A stretch of DNA of 64,000 bases from Chthoniobacteraceae bacterium (GTDB taxonomy: Bacteria; Verrucomicrobiota; Verrucomicrobiia; Chthoniobacterales; Chthoniobacteraceae). The stretch covers positions 74,884-138,883 of the forward strand of contig JBBCKI010000030.1 in NCBI GenBank assembly GCA_037190965.1. Reading direction: 5' to 3'. Below are positions 49,179 to 59,763 of the stretch, piece after piece. The notes under the pieces were generated by a model. It was not told the origin of the DNA, made no database searches, and saw nothing but the letters and a program-made list of their open reading frames with translations. The position numbers and the translations under genes are program-made. Numbering within the stretch: the stretch's first letter is position 1; every line of letters starts with the position of its first letter.

Positions 49179-50474
49179 TTAGTCTGCCATCCCGTGAACC
49201 TGTGCGGCGACTTTGAGCCGGAGAGCGTTGAGGTTGATGAACCCGGTGGCGTCGGACTGATTATACGCCTTGGTGGGGTCGGCTTCCATCGTGGCGATGT
49301 GCGGGTTGTAGAGGCTCACCGGACTCTTGCGGCCTGCGGTGATCAAATTACCCTTGTAGAGTTTGAGGCGAACCACACCGGTGACATTCTTCTGTGACTC
49401 GGTGACAAGCGCCTGCAACGCCTCGCGCTCGGGAGAGAACCAGAACCCGTAGTAAACCAACTCGGCGTATTTCGGGATGAGGGAGTCGCGCAGATGCATG
49501 ACCTCGCGGTCCATCGTCAACGATTCCACTTGCCGATGACCGTAGTGCAGAATCGCGCCGCCGGGAGTTTCGTAAACGCCACGGCTCTTCATACCGACGA
49601 ACCGGTTTTCCACAAGATCAACCCGGCCGACGCCATGCTTGCCGCCGAGCTTGTTGAGAACCTTCATCGCCCAGAGCGGCGAGAGGATGGCGTGGCCCTC
49701 CGCGTTGAAACGGACTTCCTCCGCATAGCCGAGGCTCTTGAGAAGTTCAGCGATGCCTTCGTATCCGATGGCGGTGCAGATTCCTTTTTCAAACGAAAGC
49801 TCCACGTACTCCGCCTTGTCGGGCGCGTCCTCGGGAGAAACCGAAAGGACATACATATCGCGGACCTCCGGAGCGCTGGCGTCAAACCACGGGTCCTCCA
49901 GAATGCCGCTTTCGAAACTGATATGCAGGAGATTGCGGTCCATCGAGTACGACTTCTTGGCCGAAGCCGCGACCGGAATTTTATTGGCCTCCGCGAAGGC
50001 GATCATCTCCGCACGGCCGGGAAACTGCTCACGGAAGCGTTCCTGCCGCCATGGGGCGATCACTTGGAGGCTAGGCGCGAGCGCGGCGGCGGTCAGTTCG
50101 AAACGCACCTGGTCGTTCCCCTTGCCGGTGGCCCCGTGGGCAACCGCGTCGGCTCCCTCGGCCTTGGCAATTTCGACCATCCGCTTGGCGATCAGCGGGC
50201 GGGCGATGCTGGTGCCCAGAAAATACTGGCCCTCATAAATCGCCCCGGCCTGGATCATTGGGAAAATGAAATCGCGCGCAAATTCTTCGCGCAGGTCGTC
50301 GATGTAGCATTTCGACGCCCCGGTGGTCAGCGCCTTGGTGTCGAGCCCTTCGAGTTCTTCCTCCTGCCCGACATCGGCACAGAAGGCGATAATCTCAGCC
50401 TGGTAAGTCTGCTTCAGCCACTGGAGAAGGACGGAAGTATCGAGCCCGCCCGAGTACGCGACGACAATTTTCAT
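49179..50474 (-). CDS. argG: Argininosuccinate synthase
   Basis: [41 protein letters not shown]. Confidence 0.98.
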   Translation of the reverse strand: MKIVVAYSGGLDTSVLLQWLKQTYQAEIIAFCADVGQEEELEGLDTKALTTGASKCYIDDLREEFARDFIFPMIQAGAIYEGQYFLGTSIARPLIAKRMVEIAKAEGADAVAHGATGKGNDQVRFELTAAALAPSLQVIAPWRQERFREQFPGRAEMIAFAEANKIPVAASAKKSYSMDRNLLHISFESGILEDPWFDASAPEVRDMYVLSVSPEDAPDKAEYVELSFEKGICTAIGYEGIAELLKSLGYAEEVRFNAEGHAILSPLWAMKVLNKLGGKHGVGRVDLVENRFVGMKSRGVYETPGGAILHYGHRQVESLTMDREVMHLRDSLIPKYAELVYYGFWFSPEREALQALVTESQKNVTGVVRLKLYKGNLITAGRKSPVSLYNPHIATMEADPTKAYNQSDATGFINLNALRLKVAAQVHGMAD

Positions 50475-50533
50475 AGAGGCGCGGATTGAATCCGAAATCC
50501 CGTGCTTGAGCGAGCGGAATTGCGCAAAATCAT

Positions 50534-52636
50534 TTATCTCATGGTCGCCTGTTTTTCACCGAACTCAATGCGATAAGTTCGACCCGGTGTTTCGACCTCC
50601 ACGGCCGGGTCTTTCATACCGGGGATGCGTGAGACGCGGGTGACACCCGTTCCGTCGCCCGAGAGATCATAGACGGCGATGAACCGGGTGGAGCGGGTGT
50701 TGCGCCGACGGATGAGCGTCGGTGTTTTATCGGTGAGACCGTAGCCGATGCCATGGCAGGACAGGAGTTGCTCCCCCGGCTCTCCCAGAAGGTGGACCCG
50801 GAGCTTCCCCTTGTCGGCAAGATAATCCCACTGCGTATCAACCTCCACCTTGCGACCCGTAACGTCGGTGAGATGCGGATAGCCGTCCGAGGTTCCCGCC
50901 GCCTGCGGCTTCGCCTCGGGCAAACCGGAGATCGCCGGCTTCAAGGCAGTGGCCGTTGCGTGAGCCAAAAGATCGATCTGTTCGTCGCGGGAGGCGGTCA
51001 CGTCGAAAATATCGACCAGGAAACGCGGGGTCAGCAAAAGATGACGCCGCAACCGGCTGGAAGGATAAGCTCCGTCAGATTGCGCCACCGCCGCCGCGAA
51101 GCCGTTGCCTTCGTGCAAATATAGGAGGCTGCCCGTGGTCGGATGCTGGTTACGCCCCCCGAGCGTGACCGTATTATGCGCCGCCGTGGTTTTGACCCAG
51201 GTGGAATATTCTTTGTTCGAATAAGTCAGGCGGCCCGGGTCTAGCAACCATTCGCGCTCGTTGGCGAAGAGCAGGAGATTGAGTTTGTCGAAATGTCCAT
51301 GCCCCCCGCCGTGGGGACCATAATCCATGAATACGCAGACAGCGTCCTTGCCTGCGCCCAGACGCAGAACCGCCAAACCGGCGTCGGGCAGATCCTCCGA
51401 AGCCATCTGAGGCGGCCATTCCGGTTTGATCAATTCAGCCGGAAGCTGTGTGAGGGCAGGCCCCAGCAATGACTTTAGCACTTTTTCATCACCCCTCGCC
51501 AACACCTGCGCGTAAAACGGGTCGCGATAAACGTTCCAAGCCCATCTCCAGGAGCCATCGAACCCACGAATATTGCCGGGATCGGAATCGTTGATGGCGG
51601 GCAGGGAGCCGTCGGGATAAGCCGCGCGGAGAGGAGCCCTGAAAAGAAGCTTGAATTTTGGCTCTTCCTGCAAAGGCAATCCGAGCCTGCGCGCAGCGTC
51701 GACCTGCTCGATCAACGCCTGCAATGCATACCCATGGTAAGCCAACGTTCCCTCGCACCAGAGCCCTTCGGCTCCGACAGCGCGATCAAGCTGATCGAAA
51801 AAACCGCCCCGCATCGTCAGCACCTTTTCAACCAGCGCCTCATCGGCCAGGACCGAGGCAATGCACATCAGCCCCGCGTTGTACCAAGTCTGGTGATTGC
51901 TGATGTCCTGATTGAAACGAAGCAAAGTCGCGGCGGTGGGCCGGAAAAAATCGTTCTCAATCGTCGCGCGATCTTCGTCGCTATAAACCGGCGAACTGCG
52001 AGTAAGATCATAGGCTTTGGTAAGATGAGTCGCACCGACGGCTTCATCAAGCGATTGCACATAGCGCCGCCCCCCCAGCGGCGCCAAAAAACCACGCATC
52101 CCCCACCGGTCCAGACGGCCGGGATAGCTGGAGTAATCCTTCGCCAGTTTCAGAAAAATGCGCCTTACCTCGGCGGCATACTTGTCGTCTCCGGTATAAA
52201 GATAGGCCCAACCCAGTTTGAGCGCTGCCGACTCAAGCGCGTAGTGGAGGACCGTCCGGTAAGCGGCGACGGTGCGCGCGTCGGTGAAGATCTTTCCCGT
52301 TTTGGGATCCTTGTGCTCCGTCAGCGAGAGCGGCTCAAGTCGCTCGCCGTTCTCGGGATTGGCATAATAGAAAATCCACGAGCCGTAACCCTCAGGAAGC
52401 TCGACCGGATTTGCGAGCAGTGCATCTCCCTCCTTGATCGCGGCAGTTTTCTTTGCCTCGAACGCAGCCGATGCCCTCTCTTTCCCAAGTTCAGCGGCGG
52501 TGGTTGCCAGACGAGGCGGTGGCTCAAATCGGGGTGCCGGGAGTTCTCCCGCCTGCGCCGCCAGAGGAAGCGCGCCCAGCACAATCGCCATCCATGCTCC
52601 CACGGCTCCTCTGCCAAATCCAATTTTTGCAAACAT
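50534..52636 (-). CDS. Secreted polysaccharide lyase with alginate-lyase-like plus heparinase II/III-like domains (PL17-like)
   Basis: Signal peptide; [47 protein letters not shown]. Confidence 0.82.
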   Translation of the reverse strand: MFAKIGFGRGAVGAWMAIVLGALPLAAQAGELPAPRFEPPPRLATTAAELGKERASAAFEAKKTAAIKEGDALLANPVELPEGYGSWIFYYANPENGERLEPLSLTEHKDPKTGKIFTDARTVAAYRTVLHYALESAALKLGWAYLYTGDDKYAAEVRRIFLKLAKDYSSYPGRLDRWGMRGFLAPLGGRRYVQSLDEAVGATHLTKAYDLTRSSPVYSDEDRATIENDFFRPTAATLLRFNQDISNHQTWYNAGLMCIASVLADEALVEKVLTMRGGFFDQLDRAVGAEGLWCEGTLAYHGYALQALIEQVDAARRLGLPLQEEPKFKLLFRAPLRAAYPDGSLPAINDSDPGNIRGFDGSWRWAWNVYRDPFYAQVLARGDEKVLKSLLGPALTQLPAELIKPEWPPQMASEDLPDAGLAVLRLGAGKDAVCVFMDYGPHGGGHGHFDKLNLLLFANEREWLLDPGRLTYSNKEYSTWVKTTAAHNTVTLGGRNQHPTTGSLLYLHEGNGFAAAVAQSDGAYPSSRLRRHLLLTPRFLVDIFDVTASRDEQIDLLAHATATALKPAISGLPEAKPQAAGTSDGYPHLTDVTGRKVEVDTQWDYLADKGKLRVHLLGEPGEQLLSCHGIGYGLTDKTPTLIRRRNTRSTRFIAVYDLSGDGTGVTRVSRIPGMKDPAVEVETPGRTYRIEFGEKQATMR

Positions 52637-52654
52637 CTGCGAATCCCTTCGTTT

Positions 52655-54220
52655 CTATCGGGTCAACATGGTTGGACGCTGATCGAGGAGCGCCGGCATC
52701 ACGCTCGGCCGCTGTGCCATCTCGGCCTTCTTTTCTTCGAGATACCGGTTAAAACCCCGCTCCAGCAGCCTTAGGAGACCGACATGGAAAATGGCATTGG
52801 GGAGATCAAGCGAGTAACCGCCGAAGATGAAAATGAAAAAGAAAGGGGCAAAAACCATAGGCACCCCGATGAACAGGACGGGAAAGAAATAAGGTGTCCC
52901 CCGGCACCGAATAATCAGGTCATGAGCCGTCTTCACGACGATAAAAGCAAGCAACAGGTATAAGACCAGCCCCACGCCGCCAGCATACCGAATGGTCGAG
53001 AGAGGCCCGCTATGAACTTCGCCGGTGATCAGAAAGGTTTCCTGAATCGCCCGATAATCCCCCCCATTCGCGGCAGCCACATTCTGTTCGAGGGTTTTCC
53101 GCGAGTAACCAAACCCGTCGCCCAGCCACCAGTTCTTGAGGTACTTCTCTTCCTCCCACATCCACTGCCACATTTCAAAACGCCATTCCGAGGAGCCGTC
53201 GGCGCTTTTCTGGGCAGACTCCTCCCATTGACCGGGAAGAAACGACAAGGCCCGTTGGATTGGAAAAGGCAACTGATAGAGGACCCCTTGTCCCGCGATG
53301 AACAGCACCAGGGCAGGGACGGCAATGACACTGATCTTTATCATATCGCCGATCTTCCCCCGATAAAGGCAGGTGACCGAGAAAATCAGGCCAGCATAAA
53401 TAATGAAGCTGCGGAACCCGGAGAAGAGAACGCAGATCATCACGCAGACCATGGCAAGAAAACGCCCCAGATAAAGCGGGTTGATCAGCGTAAAAGGCCG
53501 ATAAATGCAAACGAGAAGCGAAAGAAGGCCACCGGAAATCCATCGAAGAAAACCGAGTCGGGAACCGCCGGTGGAGGACAAATCGAGGTCTCCACCAACG
53601 GCTTCGATGCCGGCATAAATCCGTGCCAGGGGCATCACGGCGGAGGGTGCCAAAAGGCCGCCGAGACTGAATATGAACCCGGGGAGATGCCCGATGATCG
53701 CCAGATACGGCAGGCGCCGTGCCATCGTAAGGCTCACATCCGCTCGCACCAGCACCCAGTAGGCCAATGCCGCAATAGCGACGTTCACATAAGGACGCCC
53801 GCCGACCGTATCCGAATCCAAGGCCAGACCGCCTACCGGATTTCGAATGAACATCGTCACCACATAAAGCAGGTTGATGAAGACAAGCACGTCGGCAAAT
53901 CCGTAATTCGGCTTGTTCCTGATCCGCTTGAAAGCCTTGAAGATCAGAAACCAACTGAAAGCCAGAAGCACCCCGGCATCGTGAAGGGAGAACGGTGTTG
54001 AAAGCAAACGCCCGTTGCAGGCCCAGAACAGGAAGATCAGGACCCAGATCCGCTCCTTAAATAAAAGCCCGATTGCGACAAAGCCGAGCCCTCCGGCGAT
54101 CAGCATCAGGTTACGGGTGTTCCCCGAACCGATCAAATTCCCGGCATAAAGGGCGAAAGCGAGGCCGAGGATGGTGACCACGACCGAGAGCAGATATTCC
54201 GGGAGTCGTTCGAGCTTCAT
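52655..54220 (-). CDS. O-antigen ligase / Wzy polymerase-like membrane protein
   Basis: Many TM segments; SGFRS, SSEWRFEMW, GDGFG, HSG...G.VG motifs. Confidence 0.78.
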   Translation of the reverse strand: MKLERLPEYLLSVVVTILGLAFALYAGNLIGSGNTRNLMLIAGGLGFVAIGLLFKERIWVLIFLFWACNGRLLSTPFSLHDAGVLLAFSWFLIFKAFKRIRNKPNYGFADVLVFINLLYVVTMFIRNPVGGLALDSDTVGGRPYVNVAIAALAYWVLVRADVSLTMARRLPYLAIIGHLPGFIFSLGGLLAPSAVMPLARIYAGIEAVGGDLDLSSTGGSRLGFLRWISGGLLSLLVCIYRPFTLINPLYLGRFLAMVCVMICVLFSGFRSFIIYAGLIFSVTCLYRGKIGDMIKISVIAVPALVLFIAGQGVLYQLPFPIQRALSFLPGQWEESAQKSADGSSEWRFEMWQWMWEEEKYLKNWWLGDGFGYSRKTLEQNVAAANGGDYRAIQETFLITGEVHSGPLSTIRYAGGVGLVLYLLLAFIVVKTAHDLIIRCRGTPYFFPVLFIGVPMVFAPFFFIFIFGGYSLDLPNAIFHVGLLRLLERGFNRYLEEKKAEMAQRPSVMPALLDQRPTMLTR

Positions 54221-54473
54221 GGAATTGGAATATGAAAGGCTGTCCTCAAGAAACGGGACACCTCATTCCGCGCAGGCGAAGCGCAGAAAGACCGGAGGGG
54301 GATGAAATCAACATGGGGCGAGCCTCCCTGTTTTTGCCAAAAGCGCAAGCGGGATTATGGCCGACCCTCATGCTGAACCTGGAAATTTGCGGACCTCCGC
54401 GTCGCGCAGCTTCAACGCGGAGGCCGTAACTTTCTATGAAATATTGGGACAGATCGTCCCGATCCAGTTCGCC

Positions 54474-55004
54474 CTATCGAACCACGCCAAATTCGGCGCG
54501 GCGGTTCTTGGCCCATGCAGCCTCGCCAGAACCTGGGTCAGCCGGCATCTCGGCGCCAAAGCTGGTGGTCTGGATGCGGCTGGCATCCGCGCCCCGGCTG
54601 AGCAGATAGGACCGAACGGCCTGCGCCCGCTTCTCGCCGAGACCACGATTGTATTCGGCGGTGCCCCGCTCATCGGTAAACCCTGCGATGATGAGTTCCT
54701 GCGAAGAATTCCTGAGGAAGCTCGCCACGGCATTGAGTTTCCCCTCTTCCGACGACTCGACCGAGTAACTATCGAACCCGAAATAAACGGGGGAGAAGCG
54801 GCTCTTGTCGACGCTCTCGCTCAGGAACGAAGAGCTCTCATTGCGATCGGGCAACGCGCTTCCGCTGATGAAGTCTCCATCGGAGCTTCCGGCGTATTCG
54901 GGCTTTTTCTTGAAAGAAGCGCAAGCGCCAAGGGAAAGGACTACGGATGCGGCCAATGAGAGCCGCGCGATGCGGGTGATTGTAGCAAAACGGGGATTGG
55001 ACAT
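54474..55004 (-). CDS. pal: Peptidoglycan-associated lipoprotein (OmpA-like domain)
   Basis: Lipobox LGAC, VYFGFDS, TDERGTAEYNRGLGEKRA, KNRRAEF. Confidence 0.93.
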   Translation of the reverse strand: MSNPRFATITRIARLSLAASVVLSLGACASFKKKPEYAGSSDGDFISGSALPDRNESSSFLSESVDKSRFSPVYFGFDSYSVESSEEGKLNAVASFLRNSSQELIIAGFTDERGTAEYNRGLGEKRAQAVRSYLLSRGADASRIQTTSFGAEMPADPGSGEAAWAKNRRAEFGVVR

Positions 55005-55100
55005 GATAGGACGGTATTAAAGTAAAGACGGGCAGGACAAGCTGATCAGCGTAAGACGTTCCACGAACGCACTCTCTGCAAACGGGCGGCCGGCAAAAAA

Positions 55101-56273
55101 TCAACGGGACCAGGCTGGCTCGGAAATCGAGCCCAGGCCGTCGAGAATCTTCACCGTACGACCGTTTTGAGCGTCAAGCAGTAACAGATTACCCCCCCGG
55201 GTAAAGAGCAAATGCCGCGAATCAGGGCCCCAGATGGGGTCCCGTGCGTCGTCGCCGCTCGTCAGAACGCGCGTGGAGTTACTGGCCAGGTCGAGGACGG
55301 CGATCCGGAAGACACCGCCTTCGCGAATGTTGAACGCGATCTTCTTCCCGTCAGGCGACCAGGTTGGCTTGGTGCAATACCGGTATCCCGTGGAAAGCAG
55401 TTGCCCGCTGCCGCCTCCTGCGGAGATCCGATAGATCTGTGGACCGCCGCGATCATCGGAGGAATAGACCAGTTCGCGCCCATCGGGAGACCATGACGGA
55501 CTGGACTCCACTCCGGGCGTCCGGGTCAATCGCCGTGCACCCGAACCGTTGGCATTGACGACATAGAGCTCCGGATTGCCGTCACGGCTCACCGTACAGG
55601 CGATCTGGCTGCCGTCCGGCGAGAATGCAGGGCCGCTATTGGTACCGGGAAACTTGACGATGCGCTGCCGCGCGCCACTGGCGAGATCGATTGAATAGAT
55701 ATCCGCATATCCCTTGAGATAGCTAGTATAGGCAAGGCGGCGACCGTCGGGACTCAACGCGGGCGCGACGCTAATACTCCCGTCGTGAGTCAACTGACGA
55801 ACGTTGGAGCCGTCATAATCGGCGGAGTAAATCTCCTTGCGGCCACTGCGCGTCGCGGAGAAGGCGATGGTACTGCCCGCCATGCCGCGATGGCCAGTCA
55901 AGGTCTCGATGATGTCGTTGGCGAAAGCGTGGGCCTTTTCCCGCGCTCCGCCCCGGTACGCGCGCGCCAGCACCGTCCCGCCGGAATGGTCGAGCACCTT
56001 CCCTTGCAGCGAACCGCCCGCATCCGCCCCGCCCACCGTCATTGCGGCGCGGTTGGCGTCCGCGATGCTGAAAAGGCCCGACAGCGTGAGATCGTTTTGC
56101 ACCACCTTGGTGATGAGCGCGCTATCGGGGCCGCCGATAGGGTTCAAGGCCAACGCAATGGTGTCGCTCTTGCTGATCGTGATCGTCGGCGTCTCTGCCG
56201 CGAAGCTAACAGGCGGGAGCGCCAAGCCGCAAAGAGCGGCACCGGAAAGGGCAAAGAGAAGTTTCCGCATCAT
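55101..56273 (-). CDS. tolB: TolB periplasmic beta-propeller protein
   Basis: PD40 repeats (PALSPDG, PAFSPDG, PSWSPDG, PTWSPDG), ends PAWS; tol-pal context. Confidence 0.92.
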   Translation of the reverse strand: MMRKLLFALSGAALCGLALPPVSFAAETPTITISKSDTIALALNPIGGPDSALITKVVQNDLTLSGLFSIADANRAAMTVGGADAGGSLQGKVLDHSGGTVLARAYRGGAREKAHAFANDIIETLTGHRGMAGSTIAFSATRSGRKEIYSADYDGSNVRQLTHDGSISVAPALSPDGRRLAYTSYLKGYADIYSIDLASGARQRIVKFPGTNSGPAFSPDGSQIACTVSRDGNPELYVVNANGSGARRLTRTPGVESSPSWSPDGRELVYSSDDRGGPQIYRISAGGGSGQLLSTGYRYCTKPTWSPDGKKIAFNIREGGVFRIAVLDLASNSTRVLTSGDDARDPIWGPDSRHLLFTRGGNLLLLDAQNGRTVKILDGLGSISEPAWSR

Positions 56274-56363
56274 AAAGCGGGCTGAGACTACCTGCCCCGC
56301 TTTGAAAATACAAACCGCTCGGGGAAATTTTTTCCTGAATGCCGTTTTAGAGGGCCGCCTTGT

Positions 56364-57488
56364 TTAAAGCCCGTCTTGTCTCAACTTGAATTCAATATTC
56401 ACCTTGTACCCGGAACTCTCCCCCAGCCCGCGGGGCAACGGGTCAACCTGCGTCACTCGCCGGGCCGCGGCCATGACAGAGTCGTCCATCGTGATGCTGC
56501 CTGAGGACTTGGCAATGCTGACACCCGCAATGTGGCCGTTTCTGCCAATGCGGATTTCCACCAGCACGGAAAACTCCCCGCCTTCCTGGATCAACGAAAT
56601 GGGCTGATCCCATCGAGCGTAGAAACGATCGTGCAGCATGGCGTGATACCAGCCAAAGTCGGACTCCGTGCTGCCACCGCCTTCACGGCCCGCCCCCTTG
56701 CCGCCACCTATGCCCGTGCCGACGCCTCCCGGCTTCCCCTTGTCGGAGCCGCCTGCCTGACCGCTGCCGCCCGTCTTGCCCGCGCCTGCATTGCCGGTCG
56801 ACGCGGTCGATGCTCCCCCTGTTTTAATCGAGGTCTTTGAGCCCTCGGCTTTGGAGCCGGCAGCCTTCTCCTCCGTCTTGCTGCCCTCGGTCTTCCCCGC
56901 TGTTTTATCGGCGGGCTTTGGCGATGCCTTCGGCGACGCAGCCGGCTTGGATTGGTTGGGGCTGGGCTTTGGACTTGGCTTGGGAGTCGGTTTTGGAGTC
57001 GGTTTGGGGGTGGCCTTCGGAGTCGGTTTCGGAGTCGGTTTCGGAGTCGGTTTCGGAGTCGGTTTTGGAGTCGGTTTTGGAGTGGGCTTCGGCGTTGGTT
57101 TTGGAGTCGGCGTTGGAGTGGGTTTCGGCGTAGGGGTCGGCGTGGGCGTCGGTTTTGGAGTTGGAGTTGGAGTGGGCGTCGGCGCAGGGGTCGGCGTCGG
57201 CAACGCGATTTCACTCTCCGCTTCTTGAGACACCTTGGTTGGGGCTGCTTCCGGCTTCTCCCGAGGCTCGGGAGCGGACTCTTCCTTTTCCTCTTCCTCC
57301 TCCTTTTGGGATTCGGGACCGGCCGCGTCAGCCGGTTCTCCACCTCCGGCTGGAGGCGAGCCGCCATCGAGCCAACTGATCGATTCCACCCGAACCGGCG
57401 GTTTCTCACGGCTCAGCACAAAAATAAGAGCGAGCGCCGCCAGATGAACGGCGGTGACAATCCCAACGTTGCGCTTGAAGGGACTCAT
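56364..57488 (-). CDS. tolA: TolA/TonB-like transducer with (TPKP)n and Gly-rich linker
   Basis: N-terminal TM with His, Pro-rich repeat, C-terminal domain [15 protein letters not shown]; between tolR and tolB. Confidence 0.8.
   Translation of the reverse strand: MSPFKRNVGIVTAVHLAALALIFVLSREKPPVRVESISWLDGGSPPAGGGEPADAAGPESQKEEEEEKEESAPEPREKPEAAPTKVSQEAESEIALPTPTPAPTPTPTPTPKPTPTPTPTPKPTPTPTPKPTPKPTPKPTPKPTPKPTPKPTPKPTPKATPKPTPKPTPKPSPKPSPNQSKPAASPKASPKPADKTAGKTEGSKTEEKAAGSKAEGSKTSIKTGGASTASTGNAGAGKTGGSGQAGGSDKGKPGGVGTGIGGGKGAGREGGGSTESDFGWYHAMLHDRFYARWDQPISLIQEGGEFSVLVEIRIGRNGHIAGVSIAKSSGSITMDDSVMAAARRVTQVDPLPRGLGESSGYKVNIEFKLRQDGL
56960..57200 (-). repeat. Coding tandem repeat (12-bp unit TTCGGAGTCGGT and variants)
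   Basis: Four perfect units at 57016-57063 within a longer degenerate array encoding PTPK/PT repeats. Confidence 0.9.
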
Positions 57489-57497
57489 GCCGATAAG

Positions 57498-57911
57498 CTA
57501 GCGCGGCTCCGTGCTGACCACGCCGATCTTGGCAATTCCAGCCTTTTTAAGAGCATCCATCACATCGATCAGCTTCTGGACGGGTAACTCGTTGTGAGCG
57601 CGCACAACCACAGCCACCTTGGGCCGCTCTTCTTTCAGTGAGATGAGTGCGGAGTCCAGCGCCTCGGGAGCGATGGCGATGTTGTTGAGCTTCAAAACTC
57701 CGTCGCGATCGACGGAAATCGTCTCCACATCAGAAGGCGAAACCGCCCCTTCAGCCTGCCGGGAGGTGGGAACCACCAGTTCGCTGGAGTTTTCCATGAG
57801 CGGCGTGGTGATCATGAAAATGATCAGCAGCACGAACGCGAGATCGAGTAGCGGAGTGACGTTCAGTTCCGAGAGCGTCGTCAGTTGATGGCGGTCGGAG
57901 AAGCGCTTCAC
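57498..57911 (-). CDS. tolR: TolR/ExbD
   Basis: ELNVTPLLDLAFVLLIIFMITTP. Confidence 0.9.
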   Translation of the reverse strand: MKRFSDRHQLTTLSELNVTPLLDLAFVLLIIFMITTPLMENSSELVVPTSRQAEGAVSPSDVETISVDRDGVLKLNNIAIAPEALDSALISLKEERPKVAVVVRAHNELPVQKLIDVMDALKKAGIAKIGVVSTEPR

Positions 57912-58666
57912 CGGTTACTCCTGGGAATCGTTTGCCCGTGATCGACATACTGGTGCTCGAACTCCGAGGAAAGCTCCGCCGCGAAGTTATCCATCTGCAC
58001 GGCCATGGCGCGGATGGAGGTCACCAAGAAATTGTATCCGAACATGGCTGGAATGGCGACGAGCAGACCCGTGACGGTAGTGATCAACGCAGCCGAGACA
58101 CCGGGAGCCATGGCGGCCAGGCTCGCGGAACCGGCCGCCGCGACGCCGCCGAAGGTCTCCATAACTCCCCAGACCGTTCCAAGCAGCCCCAAAAACGGCG
58201 CGCCGCTGACGGCGGTAGCCAGCAAAATCATTTGCGACTCCAGCCGCAGCGCGGTCTCTCCCACTGCACGCTCCATCGCCGTGGAGACCACCCGCATTTG
58301 CGAAGGCGAGATTCTCGGCGCATCGTCGAGTCGCGCGCGGAAGGTTTCATCCACCTCCTGCGAGCCCAGCAGATGAAACGTCAATTCCTTGCATCCCGCC
58401 CGGTAGACGCTCCAGAGAGGCGACCCGTTGAAGCGGAGCTTCGATTCATAAATATGCAGAGGCTGGCGGTGGCTGCGAAAAAGATCCAAAAAATGCGCGG
58501 ATTGCTTTTTGGCAAGCGCGACCATCCGGATCTTGGTCACCATCACCGACCATGAAAAAATGGAGCCGATGAGAAGACAGAGCAGAACTATTTTGCCTGG
58601 GAGCGTAGACGTTTCATAGGCATAAAACAGTCCTCCGTCGGCGAGGATTGGCGCGAAAGGTAGCAT
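57908..58666 (-). CDS. tolQ: TolQ/ExbB
   Basis: APFLGLLGTVWGVM, APGVSAALITTVTGLLVAIPA. Confidence 0.92.
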   Translation of the reverse strand: MLPFAPILADGGLFYAYETSTLPGKIVLLCLLIGSIFSWSVMVTKIRMVALAKKQSAHFLDLFRSHRQPLHIYESKLRFNGSPLWSVYRAGCKELTFHLLGSQEVDETFRARLDDAPRISPSQMRVVSTAMERAVGETALRLESQMILLATAVSGAPFLGLLGTVWGVMETFGGVAAAGSASLAAMAPGVSAALITTVTGLLVAIPAMFGYNFLVTSIRAMAVQMDNFAAELSSEFEHQYVDHGQTIPRSNR

Positions 58667-58710
58667 TTTCGTCGAAAAGCGGTATTAGAAGACGCCCCCA
58701 CAATGCCTTC

Positions 58711-59502
58711 ATGAAAACTTCCTGTCCACTCTTGCGTCTCTTTACCGCATTTCTCTTTTTGGCGGCAGGCTCGCTGCATGCCGCCGGGCAGATCAACCCC
58801 TACGACCTGCTTGGGCGGACACTAGTGCCGATCGCCTCGATCTTCAGCCCGCAAAATGAGCAGCACGCCCTTGCGGCCACCCTGGTGCTGGAGAAGATGA
58901 CCGGCCTGCCCACGGAGCAAAGGGGCGGGAGGCTCGACCTCCTGCTGGAGCCGCCAACCCGCGTCCTGCTGCGCGGTTCTTTTGCGGGCCAGTCGCTTGC
59001 CGCCTGCCGCGTGGGCGATGAGATCTGGCTGGAGCCGGGACAAAAAATCGCCGCTTTGGTTCCCCCACCTACCCCACCCACCCCGGGCAAAAAGAAGAAA
59101 AAGAAAAAAGGGGAACGCCGCCTGGCCCCGATGGCACTTCCCTTCCCGCCCCAGCAATTGGCGCTGCTCCCGGTGCTCTTTGTGGTCAAAGAGGGAAGTC
59201 CGGTCGACGGATTGCGCGTTCTGGAAGTGCAACTCATGCCGCCGCTTGCCGCGAGCCTTGGCGTGGCAGAATGGAGCGCGCGGCTCTATTATCAGGGCGA
59301 AGATCTGGCGCGGCTGGAAATCCTCCGGCCCGGCTGGCACCTCGTCGTCGGGGTGGAGCGGCTCGAATTTCAGAAGACGCTACCGCCTGAAAGTTGGAAC
59401 CCCGCCTCGGAAGATGTCCTCCGGTTGACCGGCGAACAAGCCCTTCGATGGCTGGAGCAAGCGGGTGAAACGCTCACCCGGCAGGCGATTCCGGGCCGAT
59501 AG
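58711..59502 (+). CDS. Hypothetical exported protein with internal poly-Lys stretch
   Basis: Signal peptide (FLFLAAGSLHA-A); PPPTPPTPGKKKKKKKGE; divergent from tolQ. Confidence 0.72.
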   Translation: MKTSCPLLRLFTAFLFLAAGSLHAAGQINPYDLLGRTLVPIASIFSPQNEQHALAATLVLEKMTGLPTEQRGGRLDLLLEPPTRVLLRGSFAGQSLAACRVGDEIWLEPGQKIAALVPPPTPPTPGKKKKKKKGERRLAPMALPFPPQQLALLPVLFVVKEGSPVDGLRVLEVQLMPPLAASLGVAEWSARLYYQGEDLARLEILRPGWHLVVGVERLEFQKTLPPESWNPASEDVLRLTGEQALRWLEQAGETLTRQAIPGR

Positions 59503-59539
59503 GCGGGAATGCGCCCTTGAGGAGAGACGGAAGCCGATA

Positions 59540-59583
59540 CCCGCGCTCGGCGGCGCGAGCGGACTACCGGGTGCTACCGCACC
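59540..59583. repeat. Single inverted REP copy with mini-hairpin
   Basis: CCCGCGCTCGGCGGCGCGAGCGGACTACC-G-GGTGCTACCGCACC. Confidence 0.8.
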
Positions 59584-59763
59584 ATTTTTCTTTCCGATCT
59601 CCGGTTTCTCAATGCCTCCGCCAGGGCAAACGCATCAAAATTTGAGTAAAGAGAGAAGATAGGGATGATTCCAGGCAGCATTCTTTTGCTTTCCCTTGAT
59701 ACCGCGTTTTTTTGGTGGCAACTGCCTTGAGAATATTAAGGGTCATATTGGGCAACAGCCCGT

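Noticed and set aside
54390..54428. Hairpin CCTCCGCGT...ACGCGGAGG downstream of pal as a novel RNA
   Set aside because: Adequately explained as a 3' stem-loop or terminator of the tol-pal operon.
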